Source: Octopus sinensis
Taxonomy: Eukaryota
DNA length: 28,034 bases
NCBI RefSeq assembly: GCF_006345805.1
Contig: NW_021833551.1
Location: 1-28,034 of the forward strand
Direction of reading: 5' to 3'
Shown here: one piece after another, positions 1 through 11,518 of the stretch
Position numbering within the stretch: the first letter of the stretch is position 1
Layout: every line of letters starts with the position of its first letter
Position numbers and translations under genes: made by a program
The notes under the pieces: generated by a model
Database searches by the model: none
Told to the model about the DNA's origin: nothing
The model's input: the letters and a program-made list of their open reading frames with translations, nothing else

Positions 1-790
1 TTCTTATCTATCCCCCTTTTCTCTCTCTCTCTCTCTGTCTCTCAATCAACCCACCATTTCTCTCAACCTATTTCATCCACCATATTGGTCACTCACTCTC
101 TCTCACTTTCTCACTCTCTCTCTCCCTACACCTCCATCTCCCGTATCTCTTCCTCTATCTTTTTCTCACTCTCCTTCCTTCCTCTTTATCTTTCTCTCTC
201 TCATTCTTTCTCTGTCTCTCGTTGTCCCTCTCTTTCAATCCACCTTCCTCTACTTCTTTCCAAAGACATTGCTTTCTTCCTCTTCCTCACTTCTCTCCCG
301 CCTCCCCCTTCTCTCCCTCTTCATTGTTCTCCCCCTTTCCCTCTCTCTTCCTCCTCTCTGTCTCTGCACTATTTCTCCTTTCACATATTCTTTCTCTTTT
401 TCCCTCTCCTCTATTCCTCTCCTTTTCTTTCTACCATTCTCTTTCTCTCCCTTTTGTACACACACAGAGTCCCCCTCTCTCTCAATCTCTCTCTCTTCAT
501 CATAATTTTCCCTCCCTCATTATCCCTCTTTCTTTTCTCTCGTTTCCTCCCCGTGTCCTCTCTCCCTCCATCTCTGCCTTCTTCCCCCTTTCTCTCTCAT
601 TTTTTCTTTCTCTCCAACAACTTATCCTCCGATCCCTCCCTCTATCCCTCATCTCATCCATATCTCCCATCACCCACAACTCCATAACACCGCTGTCCAC
701 CTTACTCCCACTCCACCTCAATCCATTACCTCACCACCACCACCACCACCACCACCGCCGCCACCACCACCACGACTACCACCACCATGA
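1..790. repeat. CT-rich polypyrimidine low-complexity tract ending in a (CAC)n run
   Basis: Almost entirely C/T on the + strand over 1-720; (CAC)n at ~734-787. The overlapping ORFs are compositional artefacts. Confidence 0.9.
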
Positions 791-1076
791 CAGCAGTCTT
801 CATGCCATGGCTGCAACAGTTATCACGGACAACAGCAGACTGTCCGTTCTGCTGTCGACTATTATTATTATTATTACTATTATTATTATCATTATTACAC
901 CGCCAGAGTTCAGTGGACACCTGTGACAACGGTCAGTTTTACATTCTTCCTTTCTGTTTTATCACCGCTCGACCAGGGCCGATCTCGGCCTCTTTTTTGG
1001 GGGGGACTTTCATCGCTTTCATCTTTTACATCGCTTCCATCATTCTTCTTCCGCTCACATTCAAACTTATCTCATA

Positions 1077-1086
1077 TCTACATACA

Positions 1087-1120
<34 letters not shown>

Positions 1121-1162
1121 CATACATATGTACATACATACATACATACACACATACATACA

Positions 1163-1193
<31 letters not shown>

Positions 1194-1430
1194 GTACATA
1201 CATACATACATACATACATACATACACATACATACATACACACATACATACATACATACATACATACATACATACGTACATACATACATACATACATATG
1301 TACATACATACATATGTACATACATATATATACATATATATGGATGTATACATGAGTATGTATAAATATGTACGTATACGTACTTATCTACACGCACACA
1401 TACATACACATACACAAACACATATACACA
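1077..1430. repeat. (TACA)n microsatellite
   Basis: Direct tandem TACA units with TACG/TATA variants. Confidence 0.97.
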
Positions 1431-1519
1431 TGCATGTATCTTTATGTGTGTGTGCGAGTTGTATGTGCGAGCGAATATGTATGTATATGTAGATAGATGT
1501 ATTCACATACATATATGTA

Positions 1520-1556
<37 letters not shown>

Positions 1557-1563
<7 letters not shown>

Positions 1564-1668
1564 CTATTATACAAAAGTGTCGTAAGTTCAAGATGTAGCT
1601 CTTCCAGAAAGCGAAAAAAAAAAACATTTGGATATACGACAGTTGACAGTTTAACATAATAGCAACGA

Positions 1669-1669
<1 letters not shown>
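1557..1669. mobile_element. Short TIR-bounded element inside a (TA)n array
   Basis: GTTGCTATTAT (1560-1570) and its reverse complement ATAATAGCAAC (1656-1666), with (TA)n on both sides. Confidence 0.5.
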
Positions 1670-1708
<39 letters not shown>

Positions 1709-1845
1709 CAGTTACTGTTATTAAAATCAAGGGTACGTAGCGTTCCATTAATTAATGAGGTAAAAAAATACATGTAGTAGATGCACAAACAAACGGAAAA
1801 CAGACACAGATGGTCACAGAACTTCTCACTAGTTATCCGCTAGAG

Positions 1846-2163
1846 TAGTGGTTCCCAAATTTTTTGGACAGCCGCCCCCTTGACACCCAGGCCACATTCC
1901 TACCGCCTCCACCCTGACTAACCATCACAAACAAGGACTTCTTTCTGAGGCAAATTCAAAGCAACTGTCTTTCACAAATAAAACTTAAAACAACATTGCA
2001 AAAACAACATTACTTTGTTGTTTTTACATCAATCGCCACCCCTTTATCGCTCCAATTCTTAATTGAATCACTACTCCATCATCGCCTCACATTTCTTCAA
2101 CGTCCCCTATGGAACTTTCCACCGCGCGCAGTGGGGCAATACTGCCCACTTTGGGAACCACTG
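1846..2163. mobile_element. hAT (Charlie-like) MITE
   Basis: TIRs TAGTGGTTCCCAAA / TTTGGGAACCACTG; 8-bp flanks CGCTAGAG / TGTCAGAG (5/8 match) fit a decayed hAT target-site duplication. Confidence 0.75.
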
Positions 2164-2298
2164 TGTCAGAGGGCCAAATGCAATTTCGTGCCTTTAACGA
2201 TAAATAGCGTTTGGCCCTCCGGCCGAAAACTGATGAGGAATTGGGGATCTACTGTGTCTGTTTTCCGCTTGTTTGTGCATTCACTGTTTTTTTTACCT

Positions 2299-2367
<69 letters not shown>

Positions 2368-2737
2368 TGAGAGAGAGAGGTAAGGCATCATTTTCCATTA
2401 TCATTACTTCTACACATGTCTTGGTGTTGTCTCATAGCCATAAGGCCTTTGTTTTGTTTGTACATTTATATTTGTACCAACTACTTGTGTCGTTTGTTTG
2501 TTTTCGTCATCGTTCTTTACAGTTTGCTAAGTTATTTCCAACAGTTTTTCGCTGTTGACGCCACCATCAAAATGAACAATCTTATCGTTAAAGGCGCGAA
2601 ATTTTTATGGTTTTCGGATGATAACTGATGAGGGAAGAGCATGTCTACGTCTTAGGCGTGGATTTTCTGTTTGTTCCTTTGATGTCCTTCTGTGCAATTT
2701 TTAAATCTTATCCCACCATACACACACACACACACAT

Positions 2738-2746
2738 GTATGTACG

Positions 2747-2780
<34 letters not shown>

Positions 2781-3472
2781 TGTATGTATGTATGTATGTG
2801 TGTATGTATGTATGTATGTATATATGTATGTATGTATGTACGTATGTATGTATGTATGTATGTATGCATGTATGTATGTATGCATGTATGAATGTATGAA
2901 TGTATGTATGTATGTATGTATGTATGTACGTACGTATGTATGTATGTATGTATGTTTGTATGTATGCATGTATGTATGTATGTATGTATGTATGTATGTA
3001 TGCATGTACGTATGTATGTATGTATATATGTATGTACGTACGTATGTATGTATGTATGTATGTACGTACGTCCGTATGTATGTATGTATGTATGTATGTA
3101 TGTATGTATGTATCTATATATGTACGTACGTACGTACGTACGTACGTATGTATGTATGTATGTATGTATATATGTATGTATGTATGTATATATGTATGTA
3201 TGTATGTATGTATATATGTATGTATGTATCTATATATGTATGTACGTACGTACGTACGTACGTATGTATGTATATATGTATATATGTATGTATGTATATA
3301 TATGCATGTATGTATATATGTATATATGTATATATGTATATATGTATGTATATATGTATATATGCATGTATGTATATATGTATATATGTATATATGTATA
3401 TATGTATGTATATATGTATATATGTATGTATGTATATATGTATATATGCATGTATGTATATATGTATGTATG
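2738..3472. repeat. (TATG)n microsatellite with higher-order duplications
   Basis: ~730 bp of TATG with TACG/TATA/CATG variants; 3301-3360 is identical to 3361-3420. Confidence 0.97.
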
Positions 3473-3564
3473 TCCTCTCAGTCATGTTCTATATTTTATA
3501 CATTTATTGCTGTCTCGTTGCCTTTGAATATAAAACAGTTGTTTTTATAGTTGTAATGATACAG

Positions 3565-3800
3565 TTGTTGTTGCTGTTGTGGTGGTGGTGGTGGTTTTCG
3601 TTGTTGTTGTTGTCAGTGTTACTGTCGTTGCAAAAGAACAATAATTATTCTAGACGCGGCAATCATTATTAATGTTTCCGACAACTTCTACCACCGTCGC
3701 TTATGTTGTTGTCGTTGTTGCTGTTGTTGTTATTGTCGTTGTCGTTGTTGCTGTTGTTGTTATTGTCGTCGCCGTCGATATAGTGATTGTTGCTGTGGTC
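3565..3800. repeat. Degenerate (GTT)n trinucleotide repeat
   Basis: GTT/GTC/GCT units. Confidence 0.85.
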
Positions 3801-3816
3801 GTTCTCATTATTTTTC

Positions 3817-4284
<468 letters not shown>

Positions 4285-4285
<1 letters not shown>

Positions 4286-4680
4286 TTACTTATTTCCCAT
4301 AAGCCCTTCGCCCCCTATCGAGTATTAAACAATCGACGACTTCCCCCTCGGCTCTCTTTTCTGCTTCTCCCCAGTTCGATCCTTGCTTTTTCTTGCACAT
4401 TCTTTTCGGATTTTGCATCATGTCATAAATTTACCCGAGAGAAGGCCTTCCTCATCCAGATCTTGTTGACTTCAAATTGATCTTCTAGCATTTTCCCCTT
4501 TCTCTAGACCGCATTCAAACCATTTTTTGATATGAACCACCTCTCCCCAGAGGTGGTTCATATTATTCAGTCATATATCCTTTAATCTGTCCAGTTGAGA
4601 GCCCTTCTAGGAACTTGTGCTTCACTGACATAGGCCAAAGGATCGTTGAGACAGACAGGCCAGCACATCACAAAAGGGAC
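4285..4680 (-). mobile_element. Possible highly decayed LINE (RTE-like) fragment
   Basis: Minus-strand translation gives only weak RTE-like words (VPRRALNW; WGEAEKESRGGSRRLF) with many stops. Confidence 0.25.
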
Positions 4681-4716
4681 TGGATCTTGTGATAGATATA
4701 TAAATAAACACATTTA

Positions 4717-5030
4717 CTGGTCCTCCGTCGATTACGACGACGAGTGTTCTAGTTGATCCGATTAACGGAACAGCCTGCTCGTGAAATTAACGTGTAAGTG
4801 GTTGAGTACTCCATGGACATCCGTACTCTTAATGTTATTCTCAGGGAGGTTCTGTGTGACAAACCGAATGTGAGAAGGCTAGTCTTTTGAAATACGAGTA
4901 TTACACATTTTTGCCAGCTGAGAAGACAGCAGCAAAATTAAATAAAATGACTTGCTTAAGGACACAACACGTTGCTAGGAATCGAACTCGCTATCTTATG
5001 ATCGTGACACGCATACCGTAACCACTAGGC
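4717..5030 (-). mobile_element. tRNA-derived SINE (head C + tail 1)
   Basis: Minus strand starts GCCTAGTGGTTACGG...GAGTTCGATTCCTAG (A/B-box-like); its 3' half matches the tails at 7544-7700 and 27230-27398. Confidence 0.8.
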
Positions 5031-5071
5031 TGTTATGATTATTTCATTGTTGTCATATTTTATGTCGCTGT

Positions 5072-5290
5072 AAGGTAACAAGCTAGAAGAATCTTTAGCA
5101 CACCGGACTAAATACTTTACAACGTTTTGTTCGTCTTTCTATTTTGAGCTCAAATATTGCCGAAGTTGACTTTGCCTTTCATCCTTTCGAAGTCGATAAA
5201 ATAAGTACCAGCTGCGTACTGGGGTCGACGTCAACGACTAAATCTCTCCCCACCAAATTCCAGTCCTTGTACCTCTAGCAAAAAAGCTAT
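5072..5290 (+). mobile_element. SINE family D, diverged copy
   Basis: Core TTGACTTTGCCTTTCATCCTTTCGAAGTCGATAAAATAAGTACCAG...ACTGGGGTCGA is shared with 16593-16800 and 27427-28020. Confidence 0.8.
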
Positions 5291-5439
5291 TTTGTGTTAT
5301 TGCGGTTGTTGTTATTGTTATTGCTTATATGATTGTTGTTATGTTGAATTCGTCGTTGTTGACATGCTGCTGGTTGTTATGGTTATTGTTGTTATTAGTT
5401 TCCTTTACAGAGTTTGTTATTGTTATTATTATTATTATT

Positions 5440-5899
5440 GAGTGAGAGAGCAGTGTATGCCATCAAAGTAACACTGGTATAAAATATTCGAAGCCCAATA
5501 TACCCATCATAACTACCCGTCTGATAAGGGTACACCAGGCACATGCATCACAACCATATGTGCGTGACATGGTGATCTCATATCAAGATAAACAGCACAT
5601 GGCCTTGCAGGTGGGGCCCAGTTAGAATTTTCTTCTGGTCGAGTAGCCCATCCCGCTCAAAAGGTCCTTGAATAAGAGTTGTTTAAGGATGTTGAACGAA
5701 ACACCCATGTTTCCAGAGGTGAATTATTCAATCCCAAAGAATCCCTCTCAACACACGGCTATGATGCTCCCCCACTACTTCTGCTCGTGATCAGAGATGC
5801 ACATATCGTCAGCCACTAAGGGACATGCTCAACTGGTTAAGGTCAAACAGCTGACAAGCAAATCTGTGGTAGTGAGCAGAATATTTGCTGTAGCCCATC

Positions 5900-5904
<5 letters not shown>
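5440..5904 (-). mobile_element. ~465-bp non-coding high-complexity element flanked on both sides by (TAA)n
   Basis: Sharp boundaries against ATT repeats (5415-5439 and 5903-5980); no convincing ORF. Orientation is assumed from the neighbouring TAA-tailed elements. Confidence 0.5.
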
Positions 5905-5979
<75 letters not shown>

Positions 5980-5980
5980 T

Positions 5981-6090
5981 AATGTTTTACTTTTGCTTTA
6001 TATTTGTACAAGTTGGCTCCAAGTCTCACCCAGAGACCTCAAGAGACAACAGGTTGGAAGTTCATGTTGTTGTTATGCCTAGTGTGCCAT
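5981..6090 (-). mobile_element. Probable 3' UTR end of an R4/Dong-type retrotransposon with (TAA)n tail
   Basis: Minus strand ...GAGGTCTCTGGGTGAGACTTGGAGCCAACTTGTACAAAT... runs directly into (AAT)n, the same architecture as 12651-12996. No coding motif confirms the family. Confidence 0.4.
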
Positions 6091-6127
6091 ATATTGGGGG
6101 GGGGGAGTTTTTGGTGTTGTACTAATG

Positions 6128-6156
6128 AATTATTATTATTATTATTATTATTATTA

Positions 6157-6235
<79 letters not shown>
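6128..6235. repeat. (TTA)n(TTG)n compound microsatellite
   Basis: Direct observation. Confidence 0.97.
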
Positions 6236-6239
6236 GTCT

Positions 6240-7400
6240 CTATCATTAGCACAATCCTGAGATTTGCACCTATTGTTGTTGACATCCTCCATAAGGCCCT
6301 CCAGTAGATCGTATCGAAGACAACTCTGAAGGCGATGGACCCGACATGTAAGAGCATGCATTGCTCTTTTACTTTTTTCAAGGACCCGTGTGGAAATAAA
6401 AATACAAACTTGGTCCTAAATATGTCTACAATTGAACTGAACTTCTTCTGTTGCTTCTCCAGTTTTACTTCTCAATCTGTTGCGGATGTTTCTACCGAAC
6501 CCTTCCCGGCTGCTCCAATGGATAAATTGCCCTGAAATTGTCAAGCTTTAACTTGTCACCCTTTTTATATATTCGTATTACCAATATATGGGTGCAAGCG
6601 TTTAAAGTCTTTCATTTTTCCGCACATTATGTTGAATATCGAGTGTAATATATGAACAACGTGACCTCTTCCTACTTTTGGAACGTCTTCTGACGGCTTT
6701 GCATGTTTTATTCCTTTCTTTCGTAATTTCTTTGCATTAGTGTACACACCAAATCGCCAATCCGGGATTCCTGACATTGCTTCCGAATCGTTTGGGCATT
6801 TTCTGTTAAATATATCTTACCATGATCTTTCTAACATCGAGGTACTTCATCTGTATATACATGTATGGCACCCTCTCTTTATCTGTTTGTTTGTTATTTG
6901 TTAGAATTAGGAGCCACAATAGATCGACATTTCGGGATTCTTGGCATTCCTTCCCTGTTGTGTGATTTAGTGCCAAAATTTTCCTTAAATAATCTTTACA
7001 AAATTGAGGTATCTTGTCTATATCTGTATGTATGGTAATCTCTCTTTATCTGATTATCTTTTATTCCTGACATTTCTTCTGGGTTGTGTGAAGATTTAGT
7101 GTTAAAATGCTTTTTTAAAAACAATCTTTCCAAACTTAAGGTACCTTATCTATATCTGCGAGTATGGTACCCTCTTTTGATCTTTTCCAGCGTTATACAT
7201 ATTTATGTTCTCCATTTCATCGACAGACGTGAAAAAGAAAATTTCTTGAATTCAACTTTTGCTTCTTCCCTTTTGTCTTGTAAATTCCCGTTGTCTCGGA
7301 ATTCTAAAAATTGTTTTGCCTTATTTCTTTAGTCTTATGTACCATTTTGATTCCGGATTATTCCACGTTTCTCTTATTCGATTGTTCGCTACTTACAAAC
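6240..7400 (-). mobile_element. RTE-clade LINE internal fragment (EN-RT linker and RT N-terminal part), pseudogenised
   Basis: Minus-strand frames give IYKKGDKLKLDNFRAIYPLEQPGRV (cf. KKGD..C.NYRGISLL..PGKV), RVLEK, and VFDTIYWRALW...IG..LRIVLMI (cf. AFD.V....LW..L...G.P..LV.LI); the linker motif KEGTIL.D.DKV...WKD occurs three times. Confidence 0.8.
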
Positions 7401-7492
7401 AATCTCTATAACAAATGGTAAAAACCATCACTTGTTTTCCAGCTTCCAATTCGTTGTCGTTCCTTCTCTTGTTTTGTTTGTTGCTCTTCTCA

Positions 7493-7529
<37 letters not shown>

Positions 7530-7543
7530 ACTTTTTCTATTTT

Positions 7544-7908
7544 GCACTCCGTCGGTTACGACGACAAGGGTTCCGGTTGATCCGAATCAACAGAACAGCC
7601 TGCTCGTGAAATTAACGTGTAAGTGGCTGAGCACTCCACAGACACGTGTACCCATAACGTAGTTCTCGGGGAAATTCAGCGTGACACAGACGGTGACAAG
7701 GCCGGCCCTTTGAAATACAGGTACAACAGAAACAGGAAGTAAGAGTGAGAGAAAGTTGTGGTGAAAGAGTACAGCAGGGATCACCACCATCCCCTGCCGG
7801 AGCCTCGTGGAGCTTTAGGTGTTTTCGCTCAATAAACACTCTGGGAATCGAAACCGCGATCCTATGACCGCGAGTCCGCTGCCCTAACCACTGGGCCATT
7901 GCGCCTCC
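7544..7908 (-). mobile_element. tRNA(Arg)-like SINE (head A + tail 1)
   Basis: Minus strand GGAGGCGCAATGGCCCAGTGGTTAGGGCAGCGGACTCGCGGTCATAGGATCGCGGTTTCGATTCC (A box, TCG anticodon-like loop, B box); reminiscent of the octopus OR-type SINEs. Confidence 0.88.
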
Positions 7909-8275
7909 ACTCACACACACACTTCATCGACGTCACTCATTTCTGTACGTATGCTTTTTTTTGTCCTTTGAAACATATTTCAAGTTGCTTCCATTTCCGA
8001 ATTTAACCCCATCAAAAAAACTGGCAAAGCTCTTTTTTCTAAGTCAAGACAGCTCTTGGCATTTATCGTTTGGTTAATGTAATCATATATGAGTTAGCAG
8101 CGGTGCCCTTCTATGTGTGCGTGTTGTGCTTGTGTGTACGTACGCATAAACCTAGACTCGGAGGTGTACGTAACGCGAGGGAATGCAACTGCCATTACAT
8201 GCATTTGTTCATCGGGGAACACCAAATGGAGAATTCCTGAAATATTTTACAAATTTTCGCTGTTTTTCTGATCCT

Positions 8276-8294
8276 GTGTATGTATGTATGTATG

Positions 8295-8328
<34 letters not shown>

Positions 8329-8585
8329 TGTATGTATGTATGTATGAGTGTGTGTATGAATGTATGTGTGTATGTATGTATGAATGTATGTATGTATGTA
8401 TGTATGTATGCATGCATGCATGCATGTATGTATGTATGTATGTATGTATGTATGTATGTATGTGTGTATGTATGTATGTATGTATAAATGTATATATATA
8501 TATATGTATATATATATATGTGTGTGTGTGTGTATGGATGTATGAATGTATAAATGTACGTATACATATATGTATGTATGTATAA

Positions 8586-8630
<45 letters not shown>

Positions 8631-8690
8631 AGTATATATATATATATATATTATATTATCTAATATATATATATATATATATGAGTGTGT
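8276..8690. repeat. (TATG)n / (TA)n compound microsatellite
   Basis: Direct observation. Confidence 0.97.
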
Positions 8691-8699
8691 GTCTATGTA

Positions 8700-9110
8700 T
8701 ATATGTCTTTGGAGGCATTTGATCTCCGAGGCGGTGATGACCCCGAAGCAAAAAGCACGATGTATCTTAGCCTCTGTTTTACGCATTAGGATTGCCGGAT
8801 TTCTCACGAAATGGCATGAGCAACAAAACCCAAGAAAGGAATTACGGACATATGCAACCTATTTCTGCTGTTGAAGCGAAATACAGGGAAGGTTTTGCTG
8901 GCCATTGGTGTTATAGCTGAACACTAGACAAAATCTGCTTCGTTGAGGTTCTTGGCAGAGATGCATAAGATTGAATAGATGATCGAGAAGAGAGAAAGGG
9001 GTTGAGAGATACCTAGCGCAACGGGAGGAAGAACCATCGGAAGTGTCTAAAGTATAAGATCCGAAATGGCCTGGAATTCTGCACAATACCCGCATGCAAC
9101 ACGAAGAATA
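8700..9110 (+). mobile_element. Decayed RTE-clade LINE 3' fragment
   Basis: Frameshifted translation SEAVMTPKQKARCILASVLRI ... NYGHMQPISAVEAKYREGFAGHWC resembles the RTE C-terminal LYG.LP.IS..I..RRL.FAGHC motif. Confidence 0.55.
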
Positions 9111-9229
9111 CATACATACATACGTACATACATACATACATGTACACAGATACACACACGCACATACACACATACATATATATATAATATATATATAGGT
9201 ATATAAATATTATATATATATATAATATA

Positions 9230-9260
<31 letters not shown>

Positions 9261-9336
9261 ATAACATATATATATATATATATATATTAGATTATATATA
9301 TATATATATTTGGTAATATATATATCTCCGATGACC

Positions 9337-9399
9337 GGATAACTGAAGAGATGGTGCTGTGGATTTCCACCTCGGCATCCGAAACTCAGAGTTTTATCT
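9337..9399 (+). ncRNA. Type I hammerhead ribozyme motif with intact core
   Basis: Stem I GGAUAA(9337-42)/UUAUCU(9394-99); CUGAAGA 9343-49; stem II G9350-C9380 plus GAUG/CAUC and GUGG/CCAC helices; GAAA 9381-84; short stem III CU-cag-AG; predicted cleavage GUU after 9393. Confidence 0.7.
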
Positions 9400-9442
9400 T
9401 GGCTACCGAATAATTGTCACATATTATTTTACATATATATAT

Positions 9443-9483
<41 letters not shown>

Positions 9484-9987
9484 ATATATATATAACTTGT
9501 TCAAGAGAAAGTGGCAGTGCTCTACATGTCCGTTTGTTACAAGAATTCCAAGAATTTCTACTGATGTCCTCGCAGACATATCTTCTGTGCTGCATCTACT
9601 CCCAGGTTAAGGTCAATCTTTTCAAGTTTTGTTCTCAGATGTTTGTCTCTGTCCTCAATGTCCCAACTAGAGTCAAAAACCTTAACAATGGTTTTGTTAT
9701 CTTCTGTATTGAAACACTTGAGGATTTCACTCTTCTGCTCGGTATAATACTATACCTTTACCTATCTTTGTTTCATTTTACTTTCGTGATGTTCCACGAA
9801 GATTGCAAAATAACTTTATCTTTTTGGTCAAGGACTGCGATATTCAAGCTTTTGCGTTGTATCCTTGTGTAAGAAAATTCCACAACAACCGAAGGTCATA
9901 GTTTAGGACGGCTTGAATTTTTATTCCTAGAAAATGATTATAGCTTTTTCTGAAAAATTCCAGTGCATTGTTGCAGAAACCTCATCA

Positions 9988-10385
9988 TGCAGGAGTGGCT
10001 GTGTGCTAAGGAGCTTGCTTACCAACAACATGGTTCCGGGTTCAATCCCACGACATGGCACTTTGGGCAAATATCTTCTACTATAGCCTCGGGCCGACCA
10101 AAGCCTTGTGAGTAGATTTGGTAGACGGAAACTGAAAGAAGACCGTCGTATATATGTATATATATATATGTATGTGAGTGTATATGTTTGTGTGTCTGTG
10201 TTTGTTCCCCTAGCATTGCTTGACCGATGCTGGTGTGTTTACGTCCCCGTATCTTAGCGGTTCGGCAAAAGAGACCGATAAAATAAGTACTAAGCTTACA
10301 AAGAATAAGTCCTGACGTCGATTTGCTCGACTAAAGGCGGTGCTCCAGCATGGCCGTAGTCAAATGACTGAAACAAGTAAAAGAG
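9988..10385 (+). mobile_element. SINE family B (full length, internal TA/TG microsatellite) inserted into the R4/Dong ORF
   Basis: GCAGGAGTGGCTGTGTG...CAAGTAAAAGAG; ATGC is duplicated at 9987-9990 and 10386-10389; removing the SINE restores the in-frame R-H-D-E-V of the host element. Confidence 0.92.
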
Positions 10386-11144
10386 ATGCCTACACAGTTT
10401 GCATTCATTTTGAGATAACTGTGGACATTCCGATACAATATTACCTTTAATTTCAGCTGAATCATTACTCATTCTGCATTTGGATTTATCCTCTTGTTGA
10501 TCTATCGTACTCTTGGTCCATTTCACTCTCAGTGCCTGTTCCTATGCTACCAATATTATTCCATCTGTTTTCTTCTTCATTAATCGTTTCTTAAACCATA
10601 GTCAGCTGTTTTCCTCATTCCGTATCACGTATTCTTTGAAAAATGCTGAGCGAAGCTTTTCAAAGTTTGATTTTTTCTTTTCCACACTTTTCTGGTTTTT
10701 TTTTCTTTTTCTTTTGGTGTTTCCACATCCAACACTTTAGCCTTCCCTTATTACCTCCCTTACCGAGTGCGTCTTCATTTCTTGGAGATTGAAAAGAAGA
10801 ATAATCTTCTCTAGCTCTACTTTCTCTTTGACACTCATCAACCCTTTTCTTTCGTTTGTTCTTTTCCACCAGAACTGGTCCGTCTAAGACTGGAGAGGCA
10901 TGACTCTACGCATCGGGGGCTGTTTCGTTGTTTTGACTTGATTGCCGATAGCATTCAGCTCATCCTTTCTTCATTCAATTATTGCATTCATGATGAGGCT
11001 TCCTGCATTCCAGTTGGGTTTTAGAATCTTCTTCGTTCTGAAAAAAATATACTTTGCTGAATTTCCTTCATTTCCGTTCTCTTGATTTTGTCGTTTTTCA
11101 GTATTTCCTGTCATTTGCACTTCTTCTGCATCGAATGATTTCCT

Positions 11145-11518
11145 ATTATTACCTCCGCCTTAGCGAAGGCGGAGGTATTGTTTTCAGTTGTGTTTGTTCG
11201 TTTGTTTGTCCGTGGACAAGATATCTCAAGAACCGCTCGATGGATTCGGACGAAACTTTCAGGGATGTTTGGCCTCGTGACTGGCACAAACTGATTAGAT
11301 TTTGGGATCGATCCGGGATCGGACAAGGATGCTGGATTATTTTTCCGGTTGTTTTTCTTAATTTTTGTGAGCGGTCGGGTTCATGTTTAGTATTCCCGTT
11401 CGTGAGAGCAGTCGAGATTATTTCAGATATTCTCATTTTAAAAATCATCTCTGGCTAATCGTTGAGAGGACGTTGGTGTTGCCTTGGCGGGGGTTTGCGC
11501 TCTCTGAGTACTCTTGTT
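11145..11518 (+). mobile_element. Non-autonomous Helentron/DINE-1-like element (HINE)
   Basis: 5' palindrome ACCTCCGCC(11151-59)/GGCGGAGGT(11168-76), a GTTT repeat, and a 3' subterminal GGCGGGGGTTTGCGCTCTCTGAGT; it interrupts the R4/Dong RT region. Confidence 0.7.

Noticed and set aside
1580-1610. Hammerhead-like CTGGAAGAG...GAACTTA on the minus strand of the mini-TIR element
   Set aside because: Both core boxes are altered; it is indistinguishable from chance.
85-3672. Long ORFs (200-326 aa; Ser/Leu/Pro-rich, HTYI/YVCM repeats)
   Set aside because: They are translations of CT-rich and TACA/TATG microsatellites that lack stop codons, with no protein-like complexity.
5770-5815. CTGACGA on the minus strand of the TAA-flanked element
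   Set aside because: It is followed by GAAG rather than GAAA, with no consistent stems.
7830-7908. tRNA-Arg gene (also at 14382 and 25160)
   Set aside because: The A/B boxes continue into shared SINE bodies and tails, one copy has a 13-bp TSD, and there is no proper acceptor stem or T-run terminator.
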